Assembly (NCBI GenBank): GCA_002348545.1
Contig: DEBM01000013.1
Location: 52,345-116,344, forward strand
DNA length: 64,000 nt
From: Balneolaceae bacterium UBA2956
GTDB taxonomy: Bacteria > Bacteroidota > Rhodothermia > Balneolales > Balneolaceae
Direction of reading: 5' to 3'
Positions 49,606 to 58,614 of the stretch are shown here, in pieces. The notes under the pieces are model-generated. The model was not told where the DNA came from, searched no databases, and worked only from the letters and a program-made list of their open reading frames with translations. The translations under genes were made by a program, and so were the position numbers. Position 1 is the stretch's first letter. Every line of letters starts with the position of its first letter.

Positions 49606-50460
49606 CTAAACTGCTTCATCTTCAACTAATTCTAGAAGGCTTTTTAAATCTCGCACTCGATCATGCTCTTCGTTCCGCTCGTAACTATGCATTAAATTTC
49701 TGATACAACGAGCCAGAATATTTATATCGGAAGCCATCTTAAAATGATCCGGTTTTGGTGTAACATTGTTCTTTTTTAAAAAGAAATAACATTGATCATA
49801 ACTTACTTCAGCTCCTTGATCATAAGGATCAATGAGCTGTTCCTCTTTTTCACCTACAAAAGCTAGCATAAAATGAATAGGCATATTCACACCAAAAACA
49901 GGTAATTGAAGCCTTCGTGCAATAAACATTGCCACTAAACTAAGAGATATTGGTAAGCCTTTTCTTCGCTCAATTACTTGATCAATGAATCCGTTGGCCG
50001 GATTATGGTAATCCTTGTTATCGCCGCGAAAATTTAAATCCTCAAAAATAAATTTCATGAACGTTTGCATTTCTTCACGCTCAGTTCTATTGTACCGCAA
50101 GCTTGAGCGTATCATGTCGGCGAAATGATCTAATTTTTTTACATATTCATACTCTCGTAATGTAGGATTACCAAATCTTGCAAGTGTGAACACAGCCCTT
50201 TCCAATTGTGCGCGATTACCTATACCCTGAAGTAAAAGCTCAGCAAAACCTTCTTTTAGCGAAGTAAATGTGAGTTTATGAAGTATATCTTTCGCTCGTT
50301 TTTTTTCTTCCTTATCCTTGGTTTGGACGCGTATCTTATCGAGTAAAGGTATAGCACGATCCCCCAACTCCATAAACCGAAGTTGAACTTGTTCCTGCAC
50401 AAAAGGATCTGGATCCTCCAATAAAAACATAAGTGATTCTATTTCTGAATGAGTAGACAT
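49606..50460 (-). CDS. SirB1-like / transglutaminase-like family protein
   Basis: FRGDNKDYHNPANGFIDQVIERRKGLPISLSLVAMFIARRLQLPVFGVNMPIHF resembles the SirB1 N-terminal (Transglut_core2) signature. This is a by-eye assignment. Confidence 0.55.
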   Translation of the reverse strand: MSTHSEIESLMFLLEDPDPFVQEQVQLRFMELGDRAIPLLDKIRVQTKDKEEKKRAKDILHKLTFTSLKEGFAELLLQGIGNRAQLERAVFTLARFGNPTLREYEYVKKLDHFADMIRSSLRYNRTEREEMQTFMKFIFEDLNFRGDNKDYHNPANGFIDQVIERRKGLPISLSLVAMFIARRLQLPVFGVNMPIHFMLAFVGEKEEQLIDPYDQGAEVSYDQCYFFLKKNNVTPKPDHFKMASDINILARCIRNLMHSYERNEEHDRVRDLKSLLELVEDEAV

Positions 50461-50560
50461 CGAATTAAAATACTAAATGAAGTCGTTCAATTCCGCTTAA
50501 TAATGGCAATTCTAAAGCGTATATTTATAATGTATTGTGTCATTATAATTAAACTTACGT

Positions 50561-51871
50561 ATGGCTCTAAACGTTTCTTCTGAAATCTCTCATTTAAGTG
50601 GGGTTATTGTTCATACACCTGGTCCTGAGTTGTCCTGGATAGATCCTAGGATTAAACATGAGTTACTTTTCGATGATATTATATTCGAAGAAGATGCCCG
50701 AGAAGAGCATTTGGATATGATCCAGGTCTTTAAAACTATCATGAAGGATTCAAACCAGGTTTTTGAAATACGCACATTATTTAACCAATGCTTTGAACAA
50801 AAAGAAGCTAGGGAATACTTCATAGATGAATTGATTAAAGCTTTTCCCAACCTTCCGTTGAATCTTGTTAGAAAAGAACTAGAAGCCTTAGATCCTTCTG
50901 ATTTATTAGTCTGGGCTATTGAAGGTTCTGATAGTTTTGCTAAACATATAGCCTCCTTATCAAGCCTAAAGAGTATTAGTGGAAAGGCTTCGGAAAATAA
51001 GTTACGAGCACTAGCCAACATACCCATTCATCCCGTTCCAAACCTTTTATTTACTCGTGATTTAGCGGCGGTAATTGGGAATCAAATAATCTTATCCCGA
51101 GCAGCAACTCCGGCCCGACTAAGGGAGTCCATTCTCATGGATATGCTTGTGCACTACCATCCCTTGTTTGATCCGGTCCGTAATTCCATAATACAACTAC
51201 CGGCCGAACAATCCATTGAAGGGGGTGATATTTTAGTCGCATCTGAAAAATTAATTCTTATTGGGATAAGCGAACGAAGCTCCTTTGCTGGAATGCTTAA
51301 AGCGGCTGAATCTTTAATGACTGGAGGAGTTGAAACAATATTGGCCATTGACATACCAAAACAACGATCCTCTATGCATCTTGACACCATCTTTACTTTT
51401 GCAAGTGAACATGAATGTGTCATTTATCCACCGGTTTTTCAAAAAAAGGCTAATAATGTAGTGGCATTAAGAAAACAGAATGACCAGGTCGTGGTAGAAT
51501 CTCGCTATCATTTAAAAGAGGCTTTAGAAGAATTTACAGGTAAGAAATACACTTTCATTTCCTGTGGCGGAAGTGAAGGGGTACAACAAGAGCGGGAACA
51601 ATGGACAGATGGAGCGAACGTTTTTGCATTAGCTCCTGGGGTAATAATGGGATATGATAGAAATACATACACTTTCAAGGCTTTAGCAGACCATGGTTAT
51701 ACCTATTTGAAAACCCATGAATTTCTAGAAGAGTATGGTAACAAAAACTATGATTGGTCTAAACATGATAGTACATATAATAAAATTGCTATAGGTTTTG
51801 AAGGGCATGAGCTATGTCGAGGCCGAGGTGGTGCGCGTTGCATGACCTTACCCATAAATAGAAGTCATTAA
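50561..51871 (+). CDS. arginine deiminase-family (guanidino-group modifying) enzyme
   Basis: VIVHTPGPEL...ELLFDDI, FTRD, EGGD, MHLDTIF and the C-terminal catalytic-Cys context GGARCMTLP are present. Confidence 0.75.
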   Translation: MALNVSSEISHLSGVIVHTPGPELSWIDPRIKHELLFDDIIFEEDAREEHLDMIQVFKTIMKDSNQVFEIRTLFNQCFEQKEAREYFIDELIKAFPNLPLNLVRKELEALDPSDLLVWAIEGSDSFAKHIASLSSLKSISGKASENKLRALANIPIHPVPNLLFTRDLAAVIGNQIILSRAATPARLRESILMDMLVHYHPLFDPVRNSIIQLPAEQSIEGGDILVASEKLILIGISERSSFAGMLKAAESLMTGGVETILAIDIPKQRSSMHLDTIFTFASEHECVIYPPVFQKKANNVVALRKQNDQVVVESRYHLKEALEEFTGKKYTFISCGGSEGVQQEREQWTDGANVFALAPGVIMGYDRNTYTFKALADHGYTYLKTHEFLEEYGNKNYDWSKHDSTYNKIAIGFEGHELCRGRGGARCMTLPINRSH

Positions 51872-51916
51872 GATATATATGTCCCCAAGATGCTTCAACC
51901 AAATGATCTATGACCA

Positions 51917-53167
51917 ATGTCTGAAATTCCAACCATAGAACACTCAGATAATCCCCTTCCATCAAATCGATATCATGACACAGAAGCCCATAGGGAGAAA
52001 ATTAAAGTGCCCACAACAAAGGAGCTTTTAATACACAGTATTCTTTTCATTCTTACTTTTATCTCTGTCAGTATCGTAAGTACTTTACTAGTGGGTAAAG
52101 GCCTACAAATTAAAGTAGTAGTAGGAATTAGCTTTCCATTTCCTACGAATGAAGACCTTAAAGCTGGGGCTTTATTTGCCTCTCTTCTGCTTAGTTTTCT
52201 AACTGTTCATGAATTTGGCCATTACTTTGCCGCTGTGTACCATCGAGTATGTGTAAGCTTACCTTATTATATACCCTTACCTGTAGGTATCGGAACATTA
52301 GGGGCCGTAATAAAAATTCGCCAACGGATTCAAGGTACTAAAAGCTTATTTGATATTGGGGCAGCTGGTCCAATAGCCGGATTCATTGTATCTTTAATCA
52401 TCCTTATTGTCGGTTTTTTTACAATGCCAGGACCCAATTTTTTAAACGAATTTGGGGATCACCAGATACTCATTGATCACTTTAACGAGTTTGGATATTA
52501 CCTCCCGTTGCCTTCTTTGTTGGAGGGCCAAATAGTATTTTTATTTGGAGAAACGCCACTATATAGTTTTATAGCCTCTTTTTTTCCCTCAGCCCCCCCC
52601 ATGTACGAAATTATGCATTATCCTTTTCTATTGGCAGGTTGGTTTGGCTTATTTTTCACAGCACTCAATTTAATGCCCTTCGGACAGCTCGATGGTGGGC
52701 ACATTCTATATGGTTTAGTTGGCCATGAAAAACATCTGATTATCGCTCGTATATTTTATGGGGGCTTAACTGTACTGGCCGGTATAGAAGCTATCCCTTT
52801 TTTCCAAAACTATTTAACTAATTACGGCTTTAGTTCTATTGGATATGCTTGGGGAATTTGGACTATCATGCTTAGCCTACTCATGAAAAAAGCTTACAAA
52901 GATCACCTCTATTGGATGGGGGCCATGATTCCACTTTCCCTCTTACTATGTGGCTTTTTTCTGTATGTATGGACTCCCTCATTACCTCAACAAGGTTCTG
53001 TTTTATGGGTTTTCTGGTCTTTTTTTATTGCATATGTTGTGAAAATTGAGCATCCCCCTGTGCGTTACAAAGAACAATTAAATCCAGGACGCACAATTTT
53101 AGGTTGGGTAAGTATGTTTATTTTTATTCTTTGTATTAGCCATAACCCGTTAACCTTAATCAGCTAA
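51917..53167 (+). CDS. site-2 protease family (M50) membrane metalloprotease
   Basis: A polytopic membrane protein with HEFGHYFAA and NLMPFGQLDGGH motifs. Confidence 0.8.
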   Translation: MSEIPTIEHSDNPLPSNRYHDTEAHREKIKVPTTKELLIHSILFILTFISVSIVSTLLVGKGLQIKVVVGISFPFPTNEDLKAGALFASLLLSFLTVHEFGHYFAAVYHRVCVSLPYYIPLPVGIGTLGAVIKIRQRIQGTKSLFDIGAAGPIAGFIVSLIILIVGFFTMPGPNFLNEFGDHQILIDHFNEFGYYLPLPSLLEGQIVFLFGETPLYSFIASFFPSAPPMYEIMHYPFLLAGWFGLFFTALNLMPFGQLDGGHILYGLVGHEKHLIIARIFYGGLTVLAGIEAIPFFQNYLTNYGFSSIGYAWGIWTIMLSLLMKKAYKDHLYWMGAMIPLSLLLCGFFLYVWTPSLPQQGSVLWVFWSFFIAYVVKIEHPPVRYKEQLNPGRTILGWVSMFIFILCISHNPLTLIS

Positions 53168-53408
53168 AGTGCATTTTGATTAGGTGCTTTATCAGACTAG
53201 TATTTGAAACTTAAATGGGCCATATCATGCTCTTTTTGAGCAAGCATGAACCCATAATACCATGGTGCATGTTTATTTTAACAACTCTTTTCAGAAAAAG
53301 AATTCAGTAAAAATGTACTAATAAGTAATTTAAGACCTATAATATTCATTGAAGCTTCTTATTATAATGATGCTGAATACATGTAAACTGTAACCCTTAG
53401 TTCTCTTT

Positions 53409-53867
53409 ATGAATATACCAAAAAGACTTATTTCGATTTTAAACATATGCGTACTTAGTCTCGGTTTTATATTTTGCTCATCTAGTAGTGAACGGCAAGA
53501 CTCTGATGCACCTAGTAATATCGATATCGCCTCTCAAATTGATGAGCTATTAGCTGAAGATAAATACACTGACGCCTTAGAATTGTTAGAAAGGATGCCA
53601 GACAGCCCCAAAATTCGAACTTTGAAAGAAATGACACATTTGAACTATGGTTTATTCCTAGAATACAGAGATGCAGACATTACAAATATGAGAGATAAAA
53701 TGAATAATGCGCTGCGTGAATACTTAAAAGTTCTTCAAATTAATCCCGATAATGAAAAAGCCGTTTCTGAGATAGAACAAATATTAGGCATATATGCCAC
53801 TTTTGGAGACCGTACTCCAGCGGATGATGTTGTCGCCGATCTTAAAAAATTTGGTTTTAAACTGTAA
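53409..53867 (+). CDS. small exported TPR-like hypothetical protein
   Basis: It has a lipobox-like signal (SLGFIFCSSS) and a helical repeat-like sequence. I recognise no family. Confidence 0.45.
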   Translation: MNIPKRLISILNICVLSLGFIFCSSSSERQDSDAPSNIDIASQIDELLAEDKYTDALELLERMPDSPKIRTLKEMTHLNYGLFLEYRDADITNMRDKMNNALREYLKVLQINPDNEKAVSEIEQILGIYATFGDRTPADDVVADLKKFGFKL

Positions 53868-53890
53868 AATCTGCTAAAACTAGCATCACT

Positions 53891-54367
53891 TTGAGTGAGA
53901 AAAAGAATAATACCCCAACTATAAGTAATCGAAAAGCTTACCATGAATATACTATCATGGAAACTTTTGAAGCCGGAATTTCACTTCAAGGGACCGAAGT
54001 TAAATCACTCCGTGCTGGAAAAGCAAATTTCGCCGATGCTTTCGTATTTGTAAGGGAACAAGAGGTTTGGCTGAAAGAATTACATATTTCATCTTATGAT
54101 CATGGCTCTTACATGAATCATGAGCCTAAAAGAGATCGTAAGCTCCTTCTACACAAAAAAGAAATACGAGCTCTTGATAAAGGGGTACAAAAAAAAGGAC
54201 ACACCATTGTTCCTTTGAAACTATATTTTGTCCGAGGCAAAGCAAAACTACAAATTAGCTTGGCAAAGGGTAAAAAGCTATACGATAAACGTGATAGCAT
54301 AAAGGAAAAAGATGTTAAACGTCAAATGAAACGAAATCTCAAAGAAGGAGTTCACTTCAAAGCTTGA
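53891..54367 (+). CDS. smpB: SsrA-binding protein SmpB
   Basis: ISNRKAYHEYTIMETFEAGISLQGTEVKSLR and the basic tail are conserved. The conserved N-terminus lies upstream of the first ATG, which supports the TTG start at 53891. Confidence 0.9.
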   Translation: MSEKKNNTPTISNRKAYHEYTIMETFEAGISLQGTEVKSLRAGKANFADAFVFVREQEVWLKELHISSYDHGSYMNHEPKRDRKLLLHKKEIRALDKGVQKKGHTIVPLKLYFVRGKAKLQISLAKGKKLYDKRDSIKEKDVKRQMKRNLKEGVHFKA

Positions 54368-54429
54368 AAAAATTCATTACCTGTATAGTATAAATTAAAT
54401 ATACTAAGACAGGTTCCTAATAAAAGAAA

Positions 54430-54457
54430 GAGCCCTCGTCCTTTCGGACGAGGGCTC
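54430..54457. terminator. bidirectional intrinsic terminator shared by smpB (+) and rnpB (-)
   Basis: gagccctcgtcc-tttc-ggacgagggctc forms a 12-bp GC-rich stem. T-rich sequence follows on the plus strand (catatttt) and on the minus strand (complement of aaaagaaa). Confidence 0.75.
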
Positions 54458-54468
54458 CATATTTTGCT

Positions 54469-54827
54469 GAATACATCTATAAGCCGGATTCTGTATTTCA
54501 AATTAGCAAGTTAACATTTGAAACGACAATCATTTATCTAATGCGTTCCACCCGGCAACGTCATGACAAGTAACACATATTGCCTGCATGAACTTGCACC
54601 CCGTGAGGTTTACCAAGCCCTCTGTCTCACGACAAGAGGCGGTGAGCTCTTACCCCACCTTTTCACCCTTACTTCCGAAAAAGCGGTTTATTTTCTGCTG
54701 CACTATCTGTATTTGCCGAAGCAAACCCTCAACTACGCCTAAAGGATCGCTGAGCACGGTACTTGTAGGTGTCCGGACTTTCCTCCCTGAGTGCCGAAGC
54801 GACTCAAGGCGATTGCCCGATGCATTC
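54469..54827 (-). ncRNA. rnpB: RNase P RNA, bacterial type A
   Basis: The reverse complement contains GGAGGAAAGTCCGGAC (P4 5' strand), CAGCAGAAAATAAACCGC, GTAAGGGTGAAAAGGTGGGGTAAGAGCTCACCGCC, GGTAAACCTCACGGGGTGCAAG and ACAGAATCCGGCTTAT (P4 3' strand). A 9-bp P1 stem pairs GAATGCATC with GATGTATTC. The ends are good to within a few nt. Confidence 0.92.
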
Positions 54828-54855
54828 AATTAAATATACAAGTATTTAAAGTGAA

Positions 54856-55590
54856 TCAGAAACTTAGCTGGTCTTTGGCTTTATCAAAGAAAGCTTTATC
54901 AACTACAATGCGTCCGCTATTTTCATCAAAAATAATTTTATTCTTCCGGCGAACTTCAACCTGTGTTTGTGGTGGTAGACGCATTCCAAAAGCCGCTCCT
55001 CTATCCATTGCAACTACAGCGATACCATTATTTAGCCCATCTCGTAATCGATTGTAATTACGAAGATATCGTGGTTCAATATTTTTGAATACTTCTTCTC
55101 TCGCAATAATTAGCTGATCTTCTTCTTCCTGGGTACTACTCATGACCGAATCTAAATTAGCTTTCATTTTGTCAAGATCACCACGGACATCATCTAATTT
55201 CTCATCAATAATCATTTTTTCCGGAACGACTAACTCTTTACGCTTTTGGGCTTCTTCAATTCGAAGATGCGCTTTTTCAACAACTTGCTTTTGGACCTCA
55301 ATTTCTTTGGTGAGAGCATCGTATTCCCGATTATTTCTAACGGTAAGTTGCTGTTCTTCATACTTTTTTGCTTTTTCTGTAGAACTAGTTATATCCAATT
55401 CAAGCTGATTCAATTCAACGGTTAAATCTTTATCTTCTTGCTCTAGCTTAGCTTGTTTAGCCTCTAAACGAGCAATGTCAGTTTCGATATCCAAAATATC
55501 CTCTGGAAGGTCACCTCTTAGCTGTTTAAGTTCATCAATTCTACTATCGATATACTGGAGATTAGCGAGTTGCTGCAGTACTTCTTTCAT
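54856..55590 (-). CDS. DUF164 / zf-RING_7-family coiled-coil protein (Cys-less variant)
   Basis: LQYIDSRIDEL...LP, the NREYDALTKEIE hallmark and a long coiled coil are present. The C-terminal segment VVAMDRGAAFGMRLPPQ...IIFDENSGRIVV aligns with the usual zinc ribbon, but the protein contains no Cys at all. Confidence 0.7.
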   Translation of the reverse strand: MKEVLQQLANLQYIDSRIDELKQLRGDLPEDILDIETDIARLEAKQAKLEQEDKDLTVELNQLELDITSSTEKAKKYEEQQLTVRNNREYDALTKEIEVQKQVVEKAHLRIEEAQKRKELVVPEKMIIDEKLDDVRGDLDKMKANLDSVMSSTQEEEDQLIIAREEVFKNIEPRYLRNYNRLRDGLNNGIAVVAMDRGAAFGMRLPPQTQVEVRRKNKIIFDENSGRIVVDKAFFDKAKDQLSF

Positions 55591-56660
55591 GTATGTTTTT
55601 CAGGTATTTGATGGGTTTTTAATTCTTGGTCGGACAAATATACGTTCATGGGATTGGTTATGCGCTGAGTAATAAGCACATCAATCTGCTCAAATGCTTC
55701 ACTGAGTTCATTTTTTAAAGCCTCTACCATTGGATACTCACTTTCATAATGACCCACATCCAATAGCATAAAATTCTCTTTTTCCAGAAAATAATCATGA
55801 TATTTAATGTCGGAAGTAACAAATGCTTGTACTCCTGCTGCTATGGCTTCTTTTTTCAGTATACTCCCTGAGCCTCCGCACACTGCAACCTTTTTTATGC
55901 GATCTACAGAACCAGAGTATCTTATCGCCTTCAATTGAAGCGCTTTCGATACCAGGTGTAGAAATTCATTCATCCCAACTCCCTTTTCTGGATACTGACC
56001 TATGACTCCATAGCCATAATTTTTTGAGGGAGATGCTAACTGGGTTACTTGAAATTTTCCTTCCTTTAATAATCCTTCTTTTTTTAGCCCAGATTTTAAT
56101 TCTTTTAATAGATGCTGATCAATAGTAGCCTCAAAACATATGACCCCATCTGATCTGTTTTCAACATTGAAAAAATGTGCATTCTCTGCAGAATAATAAT
56201 TCAATAATTTAAGTACTGATTTTGGTTCCTCATGCGTAGTAACCAACCTTATTTTTCTTGAAATATGCTCACTCGCCTTTAAAAAACGAAGCCCATCTAA
56301 TCCAAGAGTATTTGCCAATGCAAATGAAACCCCATCTAGTGCCGCATCTAAATTAGTATGAGCTACTAATAAGGCCAAATCATTTTTAATAAGTGAGTAG
56401 ATAATTCTGCCTTGAGATTGAGTTGGATTTATGCGTCCAATTTTAGTGAAAATGAGAGGATGGTGCGCAACGATAAGATTACATCCCTTTTGAATTGCCT
56501 CTTCAACAATTTCTTCGGTTACATCTAAGCACGTGAGTATGTTAGTAACCGGCATATCTGGATTTCCAACCAGCAAACCAACATTATCATAGTCCATTTT
56601 GACACTTGGTGGAGCCCACTGATTCAAAAAGGTAGATATTTGTCGAATATGTAGACTCAC
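55587..56660 (-). CDS. Nif3-like dinuclear metal centre protein (GTP cyclohydrolase 1 type 2 homologue)
   Basis: DNVGLLVG, VAHHPLIF, VAHTNLD and a C-terminal GHYESE are present. Its stop overlaps the downstream start (ATGA). Confidence 0.85.
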   Translation of the reverse strand: MSLHIRQISTFLNQWAPPSVKMDYDNVGLLVGNPDMPVTNILTCLDVTEEIVEEAIQKGCNLIVAHHPLIFTKIGRINPTQSQGRIIYSLIKNDLALLVAHTNLDAALDGVSFALANTLGLDGLRFLKASEHISRKIRLVTTHEEPKSVLKLLNYYSAENAHFFNVENRSDGVICFEATIDQHLLKELKSGLKKEGLLKEGKFQVTQLASPSKNYGYGVIGQYPEKGVGMNEFLHLVSKALQLKAIRYSGSVDRIKKVAVCGGSGSILKKEAIAAGVQAFVTSDIKYHDYFLEKENFMLLDVGHYESEYPMVEALKNELSEAFEQIDVLITQRITNPMNVYLSDQELKTHQIPEKHT

Positions 56661-56859
56661 TTACTTCCCTAATCTATGAGAGTGAGAAATCGGAGAGTAA
56701 CTCATACAACAAGTGCTTGAGTACGTTAAGCACGAGCAGAAAGGTATATACATCTTAAATTTCAGTACCAAAAATTGGTTAACTTCAATTAATAATTAAA
56801 CTAAAAAATAAGGCTAATAACACTAAGTTAAAAGTAATAACATTTATTTATCCTACTCT

Positions 56860-57543
56860 ATGCCTGTATTAAAAGAACAACTAGCCATATTAGAAGAATC
56901 TATTACGCATCAATGTCTTGAGATTGGCAGAAAAAGAGAAGAAATAACTTTGATAGCAGTAAGTAAGACCAAGCCACTGCAAATGATCCGAGAGGCCTAT
57001 GAGGCTGGTCAGCGCCATTTTGGCGAAAATAGAATGCAAGAACTGCAAGAAAAAGCTGAATCCTTGGACTACGATGATCTGCAATGGCATATGATTGGGA
57101 CCCTTCAAACAAATAAAATAAAGTTTATTGCAGCTCATGTCCATTGGATTCATTCGGTGTTTAAAGCAAAACAATTAAATGAGATTAATAAACGAGCCGC
57201 CCAACATAGCCGGATTATTAATGTGCTCATTCAGGTGAATATTAGTGATGAGCCGCAAAAAGGTGGTTGTAAAGCTAGTGAAATAGATGAATTGCTTATT
57301 CATGCGCGTACCCTTGACCACGTTCATGCTCGTGGTCTCATGGGTATGGCTAAGTTTACCGATGACAAGGCGTATATTTCAAACACCTTTCAGTTACTCC
57401 AAGATCTCCAGCAGCGCCACCTCAACAGTCATCCAAATCTGACCGAACTCTCAATGGGTATGAGTAATGACTATGCTATAGCCTTAAATAGAGGAAGTAC
57501 CATGCTACGAATTGGAAGCTCTATTTTTGGAAGGAGAACCTAG
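56860..57543 (+). CDS. yggS: YggS-family pyridoxal-phosphate homeostasis protein
   Basis: The PLP-Lys context is LIAVSKTKP, followed by FGENRMQE, WHMIGTLQTNK, LSMGMSNDY and RIGSSIFG. Confidence 0.88.
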   Translation: MPVLKEQLAILEESITHQCLEIGRKREEITLIAVSKTKPLQMIREAYEAGQRHFGENRMQELQEKAESLDYDDLQWHMIGTLQTNKIKFIAAHVHWIHSVFKAKQLNEINKRAAQHSRIINVLIQVNISDEPQKGGCKASEIDELLIHARTLDHVHARGLMGMAKFTDDKAYISNTFQLLQDLQQRHLNSHPNLTELSMGMSNDYAIALNRGSTMLRIGSSIFGRRT

Positions 57544-57628
57544 AATAATTAAGAACTGACTTTCAACCTTTTCTTTCTTTTTTCGTATTGTGTTAGGTAC
57601 TTTAAATCTTTAACTAATCTATATAATT

Positions 57629-57856
57629 ATGTTATTTGGTTTGCCTTGGTTTGCCATCATTGCTATTGTAGCTATCGGTGGCGCTATGATTTTTTCATAT
57701 AAAGAAAAAGAATTAGCGCTTGAAGAAAAGAGTCTTTTTAATGTGCGAGAGGCGGATGAGCTACGTGGAAATATCGAACGCTTACAACGGCGTATAGAAT
57801 ATTTAGAAAATAAAGTCACCAAAAGATCTTCTAATGAACCTCAAGATGATGACTAG
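57629..57856 (+). CDS. small membrane protein with a coiled-coil tail (hypothetical)
   Basis: 75 aa with an N-terminal TM helix (LPWFAIIAIVAIGGAMIF) followed by a charged helical segment. It sits between yggS and the divIVA-like gene. Confidence 0.4.
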   Translation: MLFGLPWFAIIAIVAIGGAMIFSYKEKELALEEKSLFNVREADELRGNIERLQRRIEYLENKVTKRSSNEPQDDD

Positions 57857-57885
57857 TTTCTAAAAACAACGAAAGAATAAGTACT

Positions 57886-58602
57886 ATGAAATTAACACCA
57901 CTCGAAATTAAACAGCACCAATTCGATAAATCACTTCGAGGTTTTGATATAGGAGAAGTTGAAACATTTTTAGCCTTAGTAGCCAATGAAGTTGAACAGC
58001 TTCATAAAAAAAACGGTGAGTTAGAAGAGCAAATACAAGGTTTAAATAAAAGAATTACCCATTACGAAAAAGTAGAGCAGGCGATGCACGAAACCTTGCA
58101 AACAACAAAAGAATCCGTCACCCAAAAAATGGAGCAGGCTAGAAATGAGGCTAAAACCGCAACAGACAGGGCCTATATGGAGGCCGAACGAATAACTCAA
58201 GAAGCACGACAACAGCGCTCTTCAATACGACAAGAGATGATTCGATTACTCGAACGCCGCGATGAGATGATTCAAAGCTTTAAACATTTTTTAGAAAATA
58301 ATACAAATATGGTTGAAAAATTTGCAGCTAATAAATTTCATATTTTTGATCCAATCGAAGAACCGAATTCATCTGTGTCTACTTCAAATAAAGCAGGCCA
58401 AGATAAAGAAGATTCCCCCTCTGAATCAGATAAGAATATCAAAGAAAACAACCTGAGAGATGATACCGAAACTTCTGATGCATTTAATAGCAGCCAGAAA
58501 AAAGAATCTAAATCTAATTCTTCAAAAAAAATGAAAGACTCAACGAGCTCAATTCTAGATGACGATGATTTCATGAATACCTTCCTTGACGAATTAGACT
58601 AA
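57886..58602 (+). CDS. DivIVA-domain protein
   Basis: The N-terminus MKLTPLEIKQHQFDKSLRGFDIGEVETFL is the DivIVA lipid-binding domain signature. A coiled coil and an acidic/Ser-rich tail follow. Confidence 0.8.
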   Translation: MKLTPLEIKQHQFDKSLRGFDIGEVETFLALVANEVEQLHKKNGELEEQIQGLNKRITHYEKVEQAMHETLQTTKESVTQKMEQARNEAKTATDRAYMEAERITQEARQQRSSIRQEMIRLLERRDEMIQSFKHFLENNTNMVEKFAANKFHIFDPIEEPNSSVSTSNKAGQDKEDSPSESDKNIKENNLRDDTETSDAFNSSQKKESKSNSSKKMKDSTSSILDDDDFMNTFLDELD

Positions 58603-58614
58603 TCCATATTCCAT

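Noticed and set aside
53168-54468. Possible tmRNA (ssrA) gene next to smpB
   Set aside because: The spacers flanking smpB lack a tRNA-like acceptor/T-arm pair and a GGGG...TCGAC-type 5' end. The only structured RNA nearby is rnpB on the other strand.
54588-55057. Track ORFs 54588-54833 (+, 81 aa) and 54791-55057 (+, 88 aa)
   Set aside because: The first lies entirely within the RNase P RNA gene on the opposite strand. The second overlaps rnpB and is antisense to the DUF164 CDS. Neither has recognisable protein features.
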